From the IMG/VR virus record IMGVR_UViG_3300037801_000099, positions 1 to 51,371 of that record: 51,371 nt of DNA; one strand, written 5' to 3'. The stretch comes from a virus (lineage: Duplodnaviria; Caudoviricetes). Of the stretch, positions 18,168 through 26,569 are shown piece by piece. How positions within the stretch are numbered: the first letter of the stretch is position 1; the number at the start of each line of letters is the position of its first letter. The notes below the pieces were generated by a model. The model was not told the DNA's origin, made no database searches, and saw only the letters and a program-made list of their open reading frames with translations. The position numbers were made by a program, and so were the translations under genes.

Positions 18168-18196
18168 TTGACATGTATTACCAAGACTAATATTAT
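18168..18196 (+). promoter_or_regulatory. Sigma70 promoter TTGACA-N17-TATTAT for xis, with operator TATTAC-CAAGA-CTAATA (18176-18192)
   Basis: Consensus -35, near-consensus -10; operator has one mismatch. Confidence 0.85.
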
Positions 18197-18232
18197 CGCA
18201 CCTGCTGTCTAAGTTGCAGGAGGCAACAAGAA

Positions 18233-18445
18233 GTGGAAGCGTTATTGCTAGACAAATACGGCCCTTTTATGGACCTCGAGGAGCTGGCCGAGCTGCTCAG
18301 AATAAAAAAACAATCTGTATACCAACAAATCTATCGTGGCCAACTTGATATGCCGCACGTACGACGCGGCAAAAAGTATCTTTTCCCAACACAAGAAGTA
18401 GCCAAGTACTTCACATCCCAGCTAAATCTTCCGCACGAAGGTTAA
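18233..18445 (+). CDS. xis: Excisionase-like HTH protein
   Basis: MDLEELAELLRIKKQSVYQQIYRGQL P..R.GK (HTH_17 type); AGGAGG RBS; convergent with int. Confidence 0.82.
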   Translation: MEALLLDKYGPFMDLEELAELLRIKKQSVYQQIYRGQLDMPHVRRGKKYLFPTQEVAKYFTSQLNLPHEG

Positions 18446-19406
18446 CGTACCTTGAAAGCTGATCAAGCGTACGGTGACCTGACACCACTCGCACCTGCTC
18501 AACTCTCATACCCCTCTCAAACATACGGCTAATAGCTTCATGACGCAGATCGTGGAATCGCAAGTCTTCAATCCCTACTTTCCTCCGTAGTTTGGCAAAC
18601 TTGTCTGAAATGGACTCAGACTTCTTTACATAAAACAGGTTGTCCCCTTGTTGAGCTGTGTTTCGTGCGCGTAGGAGCGCCTCTCTCACGCCCTCCAACA
18701 GGGGGATTTTCTCGTCTGAGCGCCCACCTTCAGCCTTTTTATTCTTCCGTTTTAAGTGGATCACACCAGAGACTTCATCAATATCTGACCACTTCAAGCG
18801 GTGAATCTCCCCCTGTCTCATCCCTGACTCCACAGCTATATCGATTGCTGTGCGAATCCAATGGTCTCCCGCCCCTTCCATCAATGCGTCGTACTCCCCT
18901 GGGCCCAGGCGTCGGTCTCTTCTCTTGCTACCCATGATGATTTTCTTTTTCTTCAGTTCATCGATAGCCATATCCACAACAGCCTGCTCAGTTTTTATCC
19001 TGCTGTTCTCGACTGCTTGCTTCATGTAATACATCTGAGTCTGCAATGTACTTGCGCACACGCTCTTCCGACGATGTGCCGCAAAGTCGAGCACGTCATC
19101 AAAAGTCAGATCGTGTATTGATACACCGAAGAAATACTCTTTGATTTGATGCAGCTGTCCCAACTTGGGGCCAGCGACCTCCAAACCAAACCGCTCAAAT
19201 GAGTAGATAAGATCATCAATCATATTGTCGATGAGCACGGACCGCGTTTCACGAGTATCGATCCACGATCCGTTGTCCATCGCTGTTTCAATGCGGCGAC
19301 CCCATGCTAGAGCCGCGCCTTTAGATTTGAAGGTTTTCTGTTGAGTAGTTCGGCCTTTTGATTTAACGATTGCTTGCCAACCGCTGCCGCGCTTCCGTAC
19401 GTGCAT
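18411..19406 (-). CDS. int: Tyrosine integrase
   Basis: GMRQGEI, FHDLRH, SGH and catalytic Tyr (LSRY). Confidence 0.96.
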   Translation of the reverse strand: MHVRKRGSGWQAIVKSKGRTTQQKTFKSKGAALAWGRRIETAMDNGSWIDTRETRSVLIDNMIDDLIYSFERFGLEVAGPKLGQLHQIKEYFFGVSIHDLTFDDVLDFAAHRRKSVCASTLQTQMYYMKQAVENSRIKTEQAVVDMAIDELKKKKIIMGSKRRDRRLGPGEYDALMEGAGDHWIRTAIDIAVESGMRQGEIHRLKWSDIDEVSGVIHLKRKNKKAEGGRSDEKIPLLEGVREALLRARNTAQQGDNLFYVKKSESISDKFAKLRRKVGIEDLRFHDLRHEAISRMFERGMRVEQVRVVSGHRTLDQLSRYVNLRAEDLAGM

Positions 19407-19408
19407 CA

Positions 19409-19644
19409 GGGTGTCCTATGGGTGTCACAGGACTTTATCCTATCAAAAAGCGTATGAAAAACATACACTTGTAAAGATGGCGGAGAAGGAGGGATTCTGT
19501 TCCCCGTTCCGCTGTTTTTACTTCTATATCAGCAACTTAACTACTACTTACGTATATCAGGACTACAGATCCCGAATCGCATAACTTACTGATAATACTA
19601 CTTAATTAATTTTACCTTTTCTTTAAGGGTGTCATCGACACCCT
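19409..19644. promoter_or_regulatory. attP region with putative integrase arm-type sites GGGTGTC
   Basis: Direct pair at 19409-15 and 19420-26; inverted pair AGGGTGTC-ATC-GACACCCT at 19626-44; these flank the core. Confidence 0.7.
19478..19497 (-). other. attP core: 3' end of a tRNA, probably tRNA-Ser (GAATCCCTCCTTCTCCGCCA)
   Basis: T-loop end, T-stem, acceptor strand, G discriminator and CCA; 71 bp upstream of int. Confidence 0.85.
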
Positions 19645-19708
19645 ACAAGTCCTGCTGAGCTATAGCACCGAGTGCTACAAGGGTGAAGCCTATTACGTAA
19701 AGAATCAT
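19643..19708 (-). CDS. 21-aa hydrophobic peptide MILYVIGFTLVALGAIAQQDL
   Basis: GAGG RBS; upstream TATAAT (19735-40) with TTGGTC at 18 bp. Confidence 0.55.
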   Translation of the reverse strand: MILYVIGFTLVALGAIAQQDL

Positions 19709-19786
19709 GCGTACCTCTGGTTAGTTGAGGCGCAATTATACGGAGGCTAATGATATGCGACCAATGACTTAGTTGCATCCCTGCTA

Positions 19787-19882
19787 TTAGTAGCCGTAAT
19801 TCCGCTTCTTCTTTTTAGCCTTCTTCTTCTTGGGCTTATCTTGCTGGTTTAAAACACACTGCTTACCTTTACCTTTGTGCAT
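19787..19882 (-). CDS. 31-aa Lys-rich peptide MHKGKGKQCVLNQQDKPKKKKAKKKKRNYGY
   Basis: AGGAGG RBS; double stop TAATAG. Confidence 0.65.
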   Translation of the reverse strand: MHKGKGKQCVLNQQDKPKKKKAKKKKRNYGY

Positions 19883-19891
19883 GGTGGCCTC

Positions 19892-20386
19892 CTAAGCGAC
19901 TATGTTGCCGGTTTGAATTGATGTGAACAGAACTACGTACAATTTGTAGGTAACCCCTGCCAAACAGAGAACCCCGATGCTCTGGACTGTCCCCCAGAAC
20001 ACCTGCTTACGACGCCGTGCTTGCGCGTAAATTGTTTTTTCGCGCTCGTTCTTAATGCGCCGACGTAGGTCCACAAGCTCTTTGTACCCATCGGGTCCGT
20101 AGGTATACATGAGGAGTTCACGCAGCTCTTTCTCTTGTTGCTGAGCTTTCTTTTTGGCGGCGTAAACATTCATCGCCTCTTCTTCAACAGACTTACTAGC
20201 TACTATCTTTTTGAAGAGCGGCGGATTTTTAGCGTCGCGTTCAGCTTCATTCAGGTCGGATACTGCTCCGTACCATTTGCCAACTTGGCTGAGCGTGTCT
20301 TCCACGTCTCGGCCCATCGCGACCATTTTTTTAACTGTATTGAATGCGGCAGTAGCGGTTGCTATCGCAGTTACAGGATCGACCAT
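19892..20386 (-). CDS. Conserved phage protein with coiled coil and C-terminal TM
   Basis: MVDPVTAIATATAAF start; hydrophobic C-terminus. Confidence 0.8.
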   Translation of the reverse strand: MVDPVTAIATATAAFNTVKKMVAMGRDVEDTLSQVGKWYGAVSDLNEAERDAKNPPLFKKIVASKSVEEEAMNVYAAKKKAQQQEKELRELLMYTYGPDGYKELVDLRRRIKNEREKTIYAQARRRKQVFWGTVQSIGVLCLAGVTYKLYVVLFTSIQTGNIVA

Positions 20387-20387
20387 A

Positions 20388-20735
20388 TCAGCCCCCTGGC
20401 TTTGGTATATCGTCCTTAACTCCTTTAATGGTTTGATAAAAACTGCCTGTTTTATCTAGTGTGCCGTTATCAATGTCATGAAACAGCTTGTCTAATTGCT
20501 CTGCTAGCTTTGGGTAAGCGTTTCGCCTTTGTTCGGCGTACCCTTTTACGTGCTCATCTCCCGCTATCTGAAATACAACGCCCGTCTCCTCATGCCAATG
20601 AAGACTAGTAGCCTGCCTAAATTTTAAATCCTGTGCCGGTATATAGGGGACCCAGCTGTCGTCTGGTTGAGAGCCTTGAGGACCAGCAACAATCACATCG
20701 TTTTCGATATCGTACTTAATAAATAAATTATTCAT
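20388..20735 (-). CDS. Tail-fibre-associated/assembly protein
   Basis: YAEQRRNAYP..AEQLDKLFHD..VKDDIPKP pattern; directly after the fibre gene. Confidence 0.7.
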   Translation of the reverse strand: MNNLFIKYDIENDVIVAGPQGSQPDDSWVPYIPAQDLKFRQATSLHWHEETGVVFQIAGDEHVKGYAEQRRNAYPKLAEQLDKLFHDIDNGTLDKTGSFYQTIKGVKDDIPKPGG

Positions 20736-22606
20736 CGTAGACTCATCTTTAAACCATTCAGCCCTAGCACCTGATCACCAGACCAGTTTGTGTTATGTGG
20801 GACGGTCGGCAAGCTACCCTGATTCGTGGCGTAGGTATCAGCCATAATTCTGACATCTACCGACACGGAATACGCTGAAGGCAATCCGCCAGACAGAGCA
20901 AACGGTTCAGGATGATCATCATAGTCAGCCCTGAACAGAATCTCAGAAACGGTAATCCACTGAGCGACCGTTTGAATCGACAGAGTGCTTCCTACATTGC
21001 TACTGGAAAACCCTCCGTTTAGTGGGTTGTAAAAAATACTTGTTGTGTTATTCGACGTATTGTAGGTGGTGTTCCGAACCGTGCCTCTTAACGAAGAGCC
21101 GATTTTTAAACCCCCTCCAGCAAAAAGGATGCTTTGCTTATTACCAGAAACAGTAATGAAATACATTGTGGAAGTGCCCATAGGAAAACCAACTGCATGA
21201 GCGCTTAAAATTGATCCAACTGTGGTTGTAGTTGAACTGATGTTAGGCTTCATCTGCACCTTCATTTTGTAGTTAACATCATTTTCCCATAGACCGTAGC
21301 CTACTGCGGTTATATACGGCTTTTTATCCTTACCGCCGGTTGGAGTTGCGGCAAACTGACCCGACCAGATCTGAGTATCACCACTACCTATTTGGACCGC
21401 AGATGCTATTTCAAACTGTTCAAGGTCATTGATGTCGCCAGTAATGTTATTGGCGTAGAGATTATTGATTGTTACGTTGGAAGCATCGAGCGTGCCTGAC
21501 GTTATAGAACCAGCAGATATACTGCCGATAACAATTTGACCCGATGAGTTAGAGGTTATCGATGCGCCGTCGAGTTTGATTTTCGAAGCATCTATCTTGT
21601 TAGTGCTAATTAGATTACTTGTAATCGTGCCCGCCGTAAGCCGATCCGCATTAACACTACCCGCCTGTATATTCGCACCTGTAATCGTATTACCAGCAAT
21701 TTTGTCACCGATAATCGTGTCATCTGCAATGATGTTGGTCGCATTAATTGCGCCCGCAGCTATCGCACCAGCCTGAACAGCCCCCGCTTGAATTTTATCC
21801 GCTGTGACTGCATTGGCAGCTATTTGTGAAGCGCCAATTGTACCGCTCAGATCACCAGTAGGAACCGCTGCTGTCCAAGATCCACTTACTAAGCGGTAGA
21901 GCTTGCCATTAGTGCTTAACAGAACTACTGACGGGCCTGTGTAACCTGAAGTTGACGGCAAAGAATTTACAACTGAGATAGGCTCTATCCCTGTAGCGAA
22001 AGCCACAGCGGGAATGCTGCCCTGCAATTCGGCTAACAAGTCATCTACATTTGCAGCGGTTGTTGCAGGTGTCCCCGTACCACTGTTAAACGGGCCTAAA
22101 ACCCCTGACGTAGAAACGTGCCTGATCCAGTAATAACGGGTGAAACTTTCGCCAACTGGATCTATGTAAACACGGCCTGTTGTTACGCCTATTAGCTGAG
22201 CGTCACCTATAACGTCGGAACTATGAGCCCATATTTCAGTAAACGAATGATTAGCGTATGTCGGGTAATCCCAACTAAGAATTATCTGGCTGTATGCAGC
22301 GGCCACCGAAATCGAAGTTGGTGCGGGTGGAACGGACGTATCAGGGGGCTCGGTAACCGGACCAATCCCTGTGTCGCTACCATCAAAGTTATTAGGGTCG
22401 AAGTTGCGCGCTGCGAGATCTTTAGCGAGCCCACTCTCAATCAATTCGCGAAGCGTAACCGCCCTGTCTCTAGGATCTCCTCTACGCCCTAACCGTATTT
22501 CAAGTGCTTCAGCGACAGATGTAAGCCAGCCGCGTAACCCTGGGGTAACATCGGCGGGTGGCTTTGGAATGCCTGGGACTTTTGTTGGGCGTTGGTTCTT
22601 GATCAT
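20732..22606 (-). CDS. Tail fibre / receptor-binding protein
   Basis: FN3-like YYWIRHV..GPFN; A-x-x-I-T-A-D-K-I type shaft repeats; Ser/Thr/Gly-rich C-domain. Confidence 0.8.
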   Translation of the reverse strand: MIKNQRPTKVPGIPKPPADVTPGLRGWLTSVAEALEIRLGRRGDPRDRAVTLRELIESGLAKDLAARNFDPNNFDGSDTGIGPVTEPPDTSVPPAPTSISVAAAYSQIILSWDYPTYANHSFTEIWAHSSDVIGDAQLIGVTTGRVYIDPVGESFTRYYWIRHVSTSGVLGPFNSGTGTPATTAANVDDLLAELQGSIPAVAFATGIEPISVVNSLPSTSGYTGPSVVLLSTNGKLYRLVSGSWTAAVPTGDLSGTIGASQIAANAVTADKIQAGAVQAGAIAAGAINATNIIADDTIIGDKIAGNTITGANIQAGSVNADRLTAGTITSNLISTNKIDASKIKLDGASITSNSSGQIVIGSISAGSITSGTLDASNVTINNLYANNITGDINDLEQFEIASAVQIGSGDTQIWSGQFAATPTGGKDKKPYITAVGYGLWENDVNYKMKVQMKPNISSTTTTVGSILSAHAVGFPMGTSTMYFITVSGNKQSILFAGGGLKIGSSLRGTVRNTTYNTSNNTTSIFYNPLNGGFSSSNVGSTLSIQTVAQWITVSEILFRADYDDHPEPFALSGGLPSAYSVSVDVRIMADTYATNQGSLPTVPHNTNWSGDQVLGLNGLKMSLR

Positions 22607-24354
22607 GAGGTACGAATCTCCTCCATACCCTGCGCAAGACAGAACTCATTGATATCAGTGCCCTCGACTTGGACTTCCCACTCAGTAGCAACCGTCGCTG
22701 GCATACGCATGATCGGCTCTACCAAACTGGTATTACTAATCCCGCTCGGCACAGTAGTAGCCTGCGTATATGTTGCTCCTGATTTACTAAGTACATAATG
22801 AGCAACAAGTGAGCCGTCGCCGTATACCTTTACTGTTACTGGGTAAACATTTGCGTGGACTGAGACCCAACCCATAGACACAGGTGCAGGAGTCACAAAC
22901 TTTTTACTCTTGAACTTGAGTGTGTGGCTCGCTGTACCGCCGCGATATTTCTGAACAGCATTACCCACAATGACGTAAAGCTGGCCATCTTTAGGGTTGC
23001 GATAACCGCCGCGTACATCTGCTGAAAGGGTCAAAGTAGAAAGCGCCGCTTCACCGCCTCTTGGATCGAACACCCAGCCACCGCCAGAATGGAACGCTAC
23101 ATACGTACCCTCGTGCCTAAAGGCGCGAATAGTGGTTGGATTAAAGTCGGCGTTCCACTGCTCTACAGATATCTGACCTTCAGTGACCACGGACCCCGAA
23201 GCGCTTTGCACGGAGCACAAACCGTCTGGCCCTGCATAAAGAACGTAGTCACCCATGTCGACCACACTGTGTTCGTTAACACAGGCTTGCGCTAAATCTA
23301 TGCGGACCGCGGTCATGGCACTCGGTTCGGTGCCCGTGATGAAGTAAGGCTGTCCATTAGTCAGTGCTGCAACGCCGTTAGCTGTAGACGCAATCGCTAC
23401 AATGTCTTCTTCCGTCGTTATCCGATATTGGATCGGCCATGCATGAGGCAAGAATGGCTCGCTGAGGCAGAAACGCTTACCCGTGAAACCCGCCATTACA
23501 CCTTGTGCCAAGGGGATCAAGCCTTTCAACTGACCGTCGGGGTACAGGCTGGTATCATCATCCGGTGGGCCAATCCAACCGCCAGAAGGTAACACTTCAC
23601 CTAACGTAGCAGCGTCCGAATTGTCATTAACGGTTTCAATTGCAATAGGTATATCGCTATATGTGTTGCCGCTAAGCGCACCAGTGGGCACAACCACATT
23701 TCCAACATACTGAAACGTCGTGTTGGTCGAGCCTGTGTTGGATCTATATAGCCGTTTGTATGAACCAGTGCCTAAGTTATGGCCACTACTAAACGTCTCA
23801 TTATTCATCGTAATAGTGGCTGTCTCACCGTCAGACATTTCTGTAACAGTCGAGGGCGCACTAGGCGGACCCTCGCGACCATCAGCGGTAACGTACGTAT
23901 AGACGTACGACACACTGTTTGGTGAAACACCTTCGTCCGCCGTACCAGAAATAGTTATAGAAGGCGCGGCTGCTGGAGCGGGAACCCCGAGCCGATAAGA
24001 ATTTTGTGGGTACGACGAACCACTAACAATGGTGGAAGCCCACCCTATTCGTGGATAGTTTTGTCCTGTCCAGTACAAGCGATCAGTTATGTCCCCTGGT
24101 ATTGGGCCAGGGACCACCTCTACTTCTTCATTCCACTGTAGCCATACAGAATTAGAAGTACCGTAATCGTACTTGTAGACGCTTCGACGATTAGAGTTTG
24201 ATAACGCAAATTCGTTGGCATTGCCTTTTGTAGCTACAAGCCGACCAGACTCGAAGTCTATGTTCTCCGCTATTTGGCCGAACTGATCCGCCAAAAGTCG
24301 TGAACTGACTGCTGGTGCAATGCCTGCGAACCTGTCTCGTTTAAAATAAACCAT
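22603..24354 (-). CDS. Tail (nozzle/stabilisation-type) structural protein
   Basis: GVPAP, YVYTYV..G.EGPPS, SEPFLPHAWP motifs; true start ATG 24354 (MVYFKRD) with GAGG RBS. Confidence 0.78.
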   Translation of the reverse strand: MVYFKRDRFAGIAPAVSSRLLADQFGQIAENIDFESGRLVATKGNANEFALSNSNRRSVYKYDYGTSNSVWLQWNEEVEVVPGPIPGDITDRLYWTGQNYPRIGWASTIVSGSSYPQNSYRLGVPAPAAAPSITISGTADEGVSPNSVSYVYTYVTADGREGPPSAPSTVTEMSDGETATITMNNETFSSGHNLGTGSYKRLYRSNTGSTNTTFQYVGNVVVPTGALSGNTYSDIPIAIETVNDNSDAATLGEVLPSGGWIGPPDDDTSLYPDGQLKGLIPLAQGVMAGFTGKRFCLSEPFLPHAWPIQYRITTEEDIVAIASTANGVAALTNGQPYFITGTEPSAMTAVRIDLAQACVNEHSVVDMGDYVLYAGPDGLCSVQSASGSVVTEGQISVEQWNADFNPTTIRAFRHEGTYVAFHSGGGWVFDPRGGEAALSTLTLSADVRGGYRNPKDGQLYVIVGNAVQKYRGGTASHTLKFKSKKFVTPAPVSMGWVSVHANVYPVTVKVYGDGSLVAHYVLSKSGATYTQATTVPSGISNTSLVEPIMRMPATVATEWEVQVEGTDINEFCLAQGMEEIRTS

Positions 24355-24371
24355 TATTAGCCTCGCTAATA
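24355..24371. promoter_or_regulatory. 17-bp operator TATTAG-CCTCG-CTAATA covering the RBS of the tail gene
   Basis: Perfect consensus filling the intergenic gap. Confidence 0.8.
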
Positions 24372-24373
24372 TT

Positions 24374-24814
24374 CTACCACAAGACTGAAGCAACGTTGTG
24401 CCGTGCGTACCCTTTAACAGGGCCATACTCCAGCGTGGTTTTGTTAAACACAAACCCCCAGAAAATGATCTCATCACAATCGTCAGGAGTAGTCGGGTAT
24501 AGCAGCCCCTTATCGCCGCAAAACTGTTGTATTACAGCTGGTGATGCTTGGACGTAAGCGTCGATGAAGTCTGAACGTGTGCCGTCTTGAGCGTGTGTAA
24601 TAGCAAAAAACGTAGAACCTTCTGGAAGCTCGGGTTTTTCGCCGTCATAGTCATTTACAACTACCTTTAACTGAACAGTATTTGCCTCTAAATCAAACTT
24701 CAATCCGTACCAATTCTTTAGGTTCGATTGCCGATAACTTGTACTAAATGCAAGTTGTAGAGCTTCGCTTGGGTAGTCCCGCCTAACGACCGCGCCGTCT
24801 ATCACTTGATTCAT
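24374..24814 (-). CDS. Hypothetical protein, short paralog of 24825-25505
   Basis: Shares NLK.WYGLKFDL, KPELP.G, GFVFNK.TLEYG.VKGYA. Confidence 0.85.
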   Translation of the reverse strand: MNQVIDGAVVRRDYPSEALQLAFSTSYRQSNLKNWYGLKFDLEANTVQLKVVVNDYDGEKPELPEGSTFFAITHAQDGTRSDFIDAYVQASPAVIQQFCGDKGLLYPTTPDDCDEIIFWGFVFNKTTLEYGPVKGYARHNVASVLW

Positions 24815-24824
24815 ATAAACCTCT

Positions 24825-25505
24825 TTAGCTCGTGTAGCGTTTTGCGTAGCCTTTTACGACTCCATACTCCAATGTGGCTTTGTTAAAAACGAACCCGAAA
24901 CACACTATGTTCTCCACATCCCTCTGCGACAAATCGTCTGGGAATGGGTACTTCAACCCTTTGGCTTCGCAAAAAGCCTTTATCTTTTCTGGGTCAGCAC
25001 CCGCCACATAGTAATCAACCCAATCGGACATGCTTTTGTCAGGGCTGTGAGTAGTCGCAAAAAACTGATCAATACCCTTCGGCAACTCAGGCTTATCGCC
25101 ATCTACGTTTCTGACGACACACTTGAACAGCACTTCATCTTTGGTGAGATCAAACTTCAGGCCATACCAGGCTTTTAGATTTGTCGTAGTTTGGGAGACG
25201 CCGTATTTCTCTATTAAAGAAAAAGGGGGTTTTGAAAACATGTCATAAAAGCTGATGCTTGAGTTTTCATATGGCTCCCGATACCCATCGTATGCGCCTA
25301 TTATGTTGTAGCGACTAAAAGGTAATGAGTGGTCTGGGTAGGCTGACTTTACCTTGGAGCAAAGCACTTCCCCCTCACTGGATTTCATGGGGTAGTCTTG
25401 GCGAACTATTTGTTTGTCGACGTATATGTCATCTCTGCCGTCAGAATGCCCATTCCAAGTCGCCTGTATGGCAGGATTTAGGTTTCTTGGCCCAACCTTA
25501 ATCAT
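24825..25505 (-). CDS. Hypothetical protein, long paralog of 24374-24814
   Basis: AGGAG RBS before ATG 25505; shared motifs. Confidence 0.85.
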   Translation of the reverse strand: MIKVGPRNLNPAIQATWNGHSDGRDDIYVDKQIVRQDYPMKSSEGEVLCSKVKSAYPDHSLPFSRYNIIGAYDGYREPYENSSISFYDMFSKPPFSLIEKYGVSQTTTNLKAWYGLKFDLTKDEVLFKCVVRNVDGDKPELPKGIDQFFATTHSPDKSMSDWVDYYVAGADPEKIKAFCEAKGLKYPFPDDLSQRDVENIVCFGFVFNKATLEYGVVKGYAKRYTS

Positions 25506-25506
25506 G

Positions 25507-25863
25507 CTATTGCTCCTGAATTTCAGAAACGTCTTTTTCTTCAACGTCTTTTAGTGACATTTTTTTCTGCAATTCTGCTTCGTGATAAGGCAACAACTCG
25601 TCCAAAAACGAATCGCCTCCTTGATGATCTAAAGCCATCTGCAATATCTGCTGTTGGGTGAGATCAGCAAACGCTATGAAGCTATCAGACAAAGCATCGG
25701 TGTCTAAAATAGTCTCCACTCCCGCAACGCTCCAAACTTGTTCGGGGTAGGTAGTTTCAAAAAAGTTGATCTCCCACCGAACAACCTTGCAAATGTCTGT
25801 TTTGCCGTCCTGCTCTGGGATTGTCTTTAGTGCGACTAGGGTCGCGGCGTAGTCAATGTGCAT
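25507..25863 (-). CDS. Fibre-associated small acidic protein
   Basis: FIAFADLT...I pattern recalled from proteins adjacent to phage fibres. Confidence 0.6.
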   Translation of the reverse strand: MHIDYAATLVALKTIPEQDGKTDICKVVRWEINFFETTYPEQVWSVAGVETILDTDALSDSFIAFADLTQQQILQMALDHQGGDSFLDELLPYHEAELQKKMSLKDVEEKDVSEIQEQ

Positions 25864-25864
25864 T

Positions 25865-26569
25865 TCACTGGTCCTGTAAAGGTAAACATTTAGCCAAGCC
25901 GACTCTCAACTTCGAAGCCCGCTCAGCAGTTTTTGATGCCAGTTCCTGTACGCCTATAAGACCTTCTGAAAATGGCAACGCTTTTTCCAAGGCATAAGCA
26001 AACATCTCGTTACCGTTTGCTGCTCCTCTTTCAAACACGTCTACATAGTTAAATACGGATGCTTGCTCTGCGAGCATCCCGTAATCCATTGCCACTTTTG
26101 CGCTAATTGCTTTCGCAACAATCGGATCACTTTTGTGGTTCATATGGCGCGGCATACGTAGACGTTTAACCCGCGCCAAAACACCCTTGTCTGTCTTGGG
26201 CACCCTCACCCATCGCTTTGGGTTGATCAAAAAGATCGACAAATCCAAAACCTTTTTGTTGAGTTTGCTCCCGATCAAGCCATACACATGGCTGTTGGAC
26301 CTGTTATCAGCAAACACTGCGGATCGACTTACACAAATGTCGTACCTCTCGAGCAGCTCCTGCTTAGGCAAATCACCATCTTGAATGTCCAAGATGACCC
26401 CGCTTTTAACCACCAAACAAAGCTCGTCGGCGTGCCGCAAAGCTGTTGGTATAAATCCGCCTTCGTAACTAACTACCTTGTAGTCCCAATCAGGCATGTT
26501 TTGTCGAATGCTATTAACCGTTAGCGCGGTTAAGTGATTGCACTCGATTACCAAAATTCCTAGGCGCAA
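25865..26569 (-). CDS. Glycosyltransferase-like protein (GT-A/GT8-like, DxD degenerate)
   Basis: LTVNSI..N, CLVVKSGVI at the DxD position, SIFLIN...W, MP..MN, VFNY follow the GT8 motif order. Confidence 0.5.
   Translation of the reverse strand: MRLGILVIECNHLTALTVNSIRQNMPDWDYKVVSYEGGFIPTALRHADELCLVVKSGVILDIQDGDLPKQELLERYDICVSRSAVFADNRSNSHVYGLIGSKLNKKVLDLSIFLINPKRWVRVPKTDKGVLARVKRLRMPRHMNHKSDPIVAKAISAKVAMDYGMLAEQASVFNYVDVFERGAANGNEMFAYALEKALPFSEGLIGVQELASKTAERASKLRVGLAKCLPLQDQ

Noticed and set aside
19478-19497. tRNA gene
   Set aside because: Only the last 20 nt of a tRNA are present; adjacent sequence does not continue the cloverleaf, so it is an att core
24355-24477. N-terminal extension of the tail ORF given in the track (start 24477)
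   Set aside because: Overlaps the upstream gene; RBS and operator point to ATG 24354
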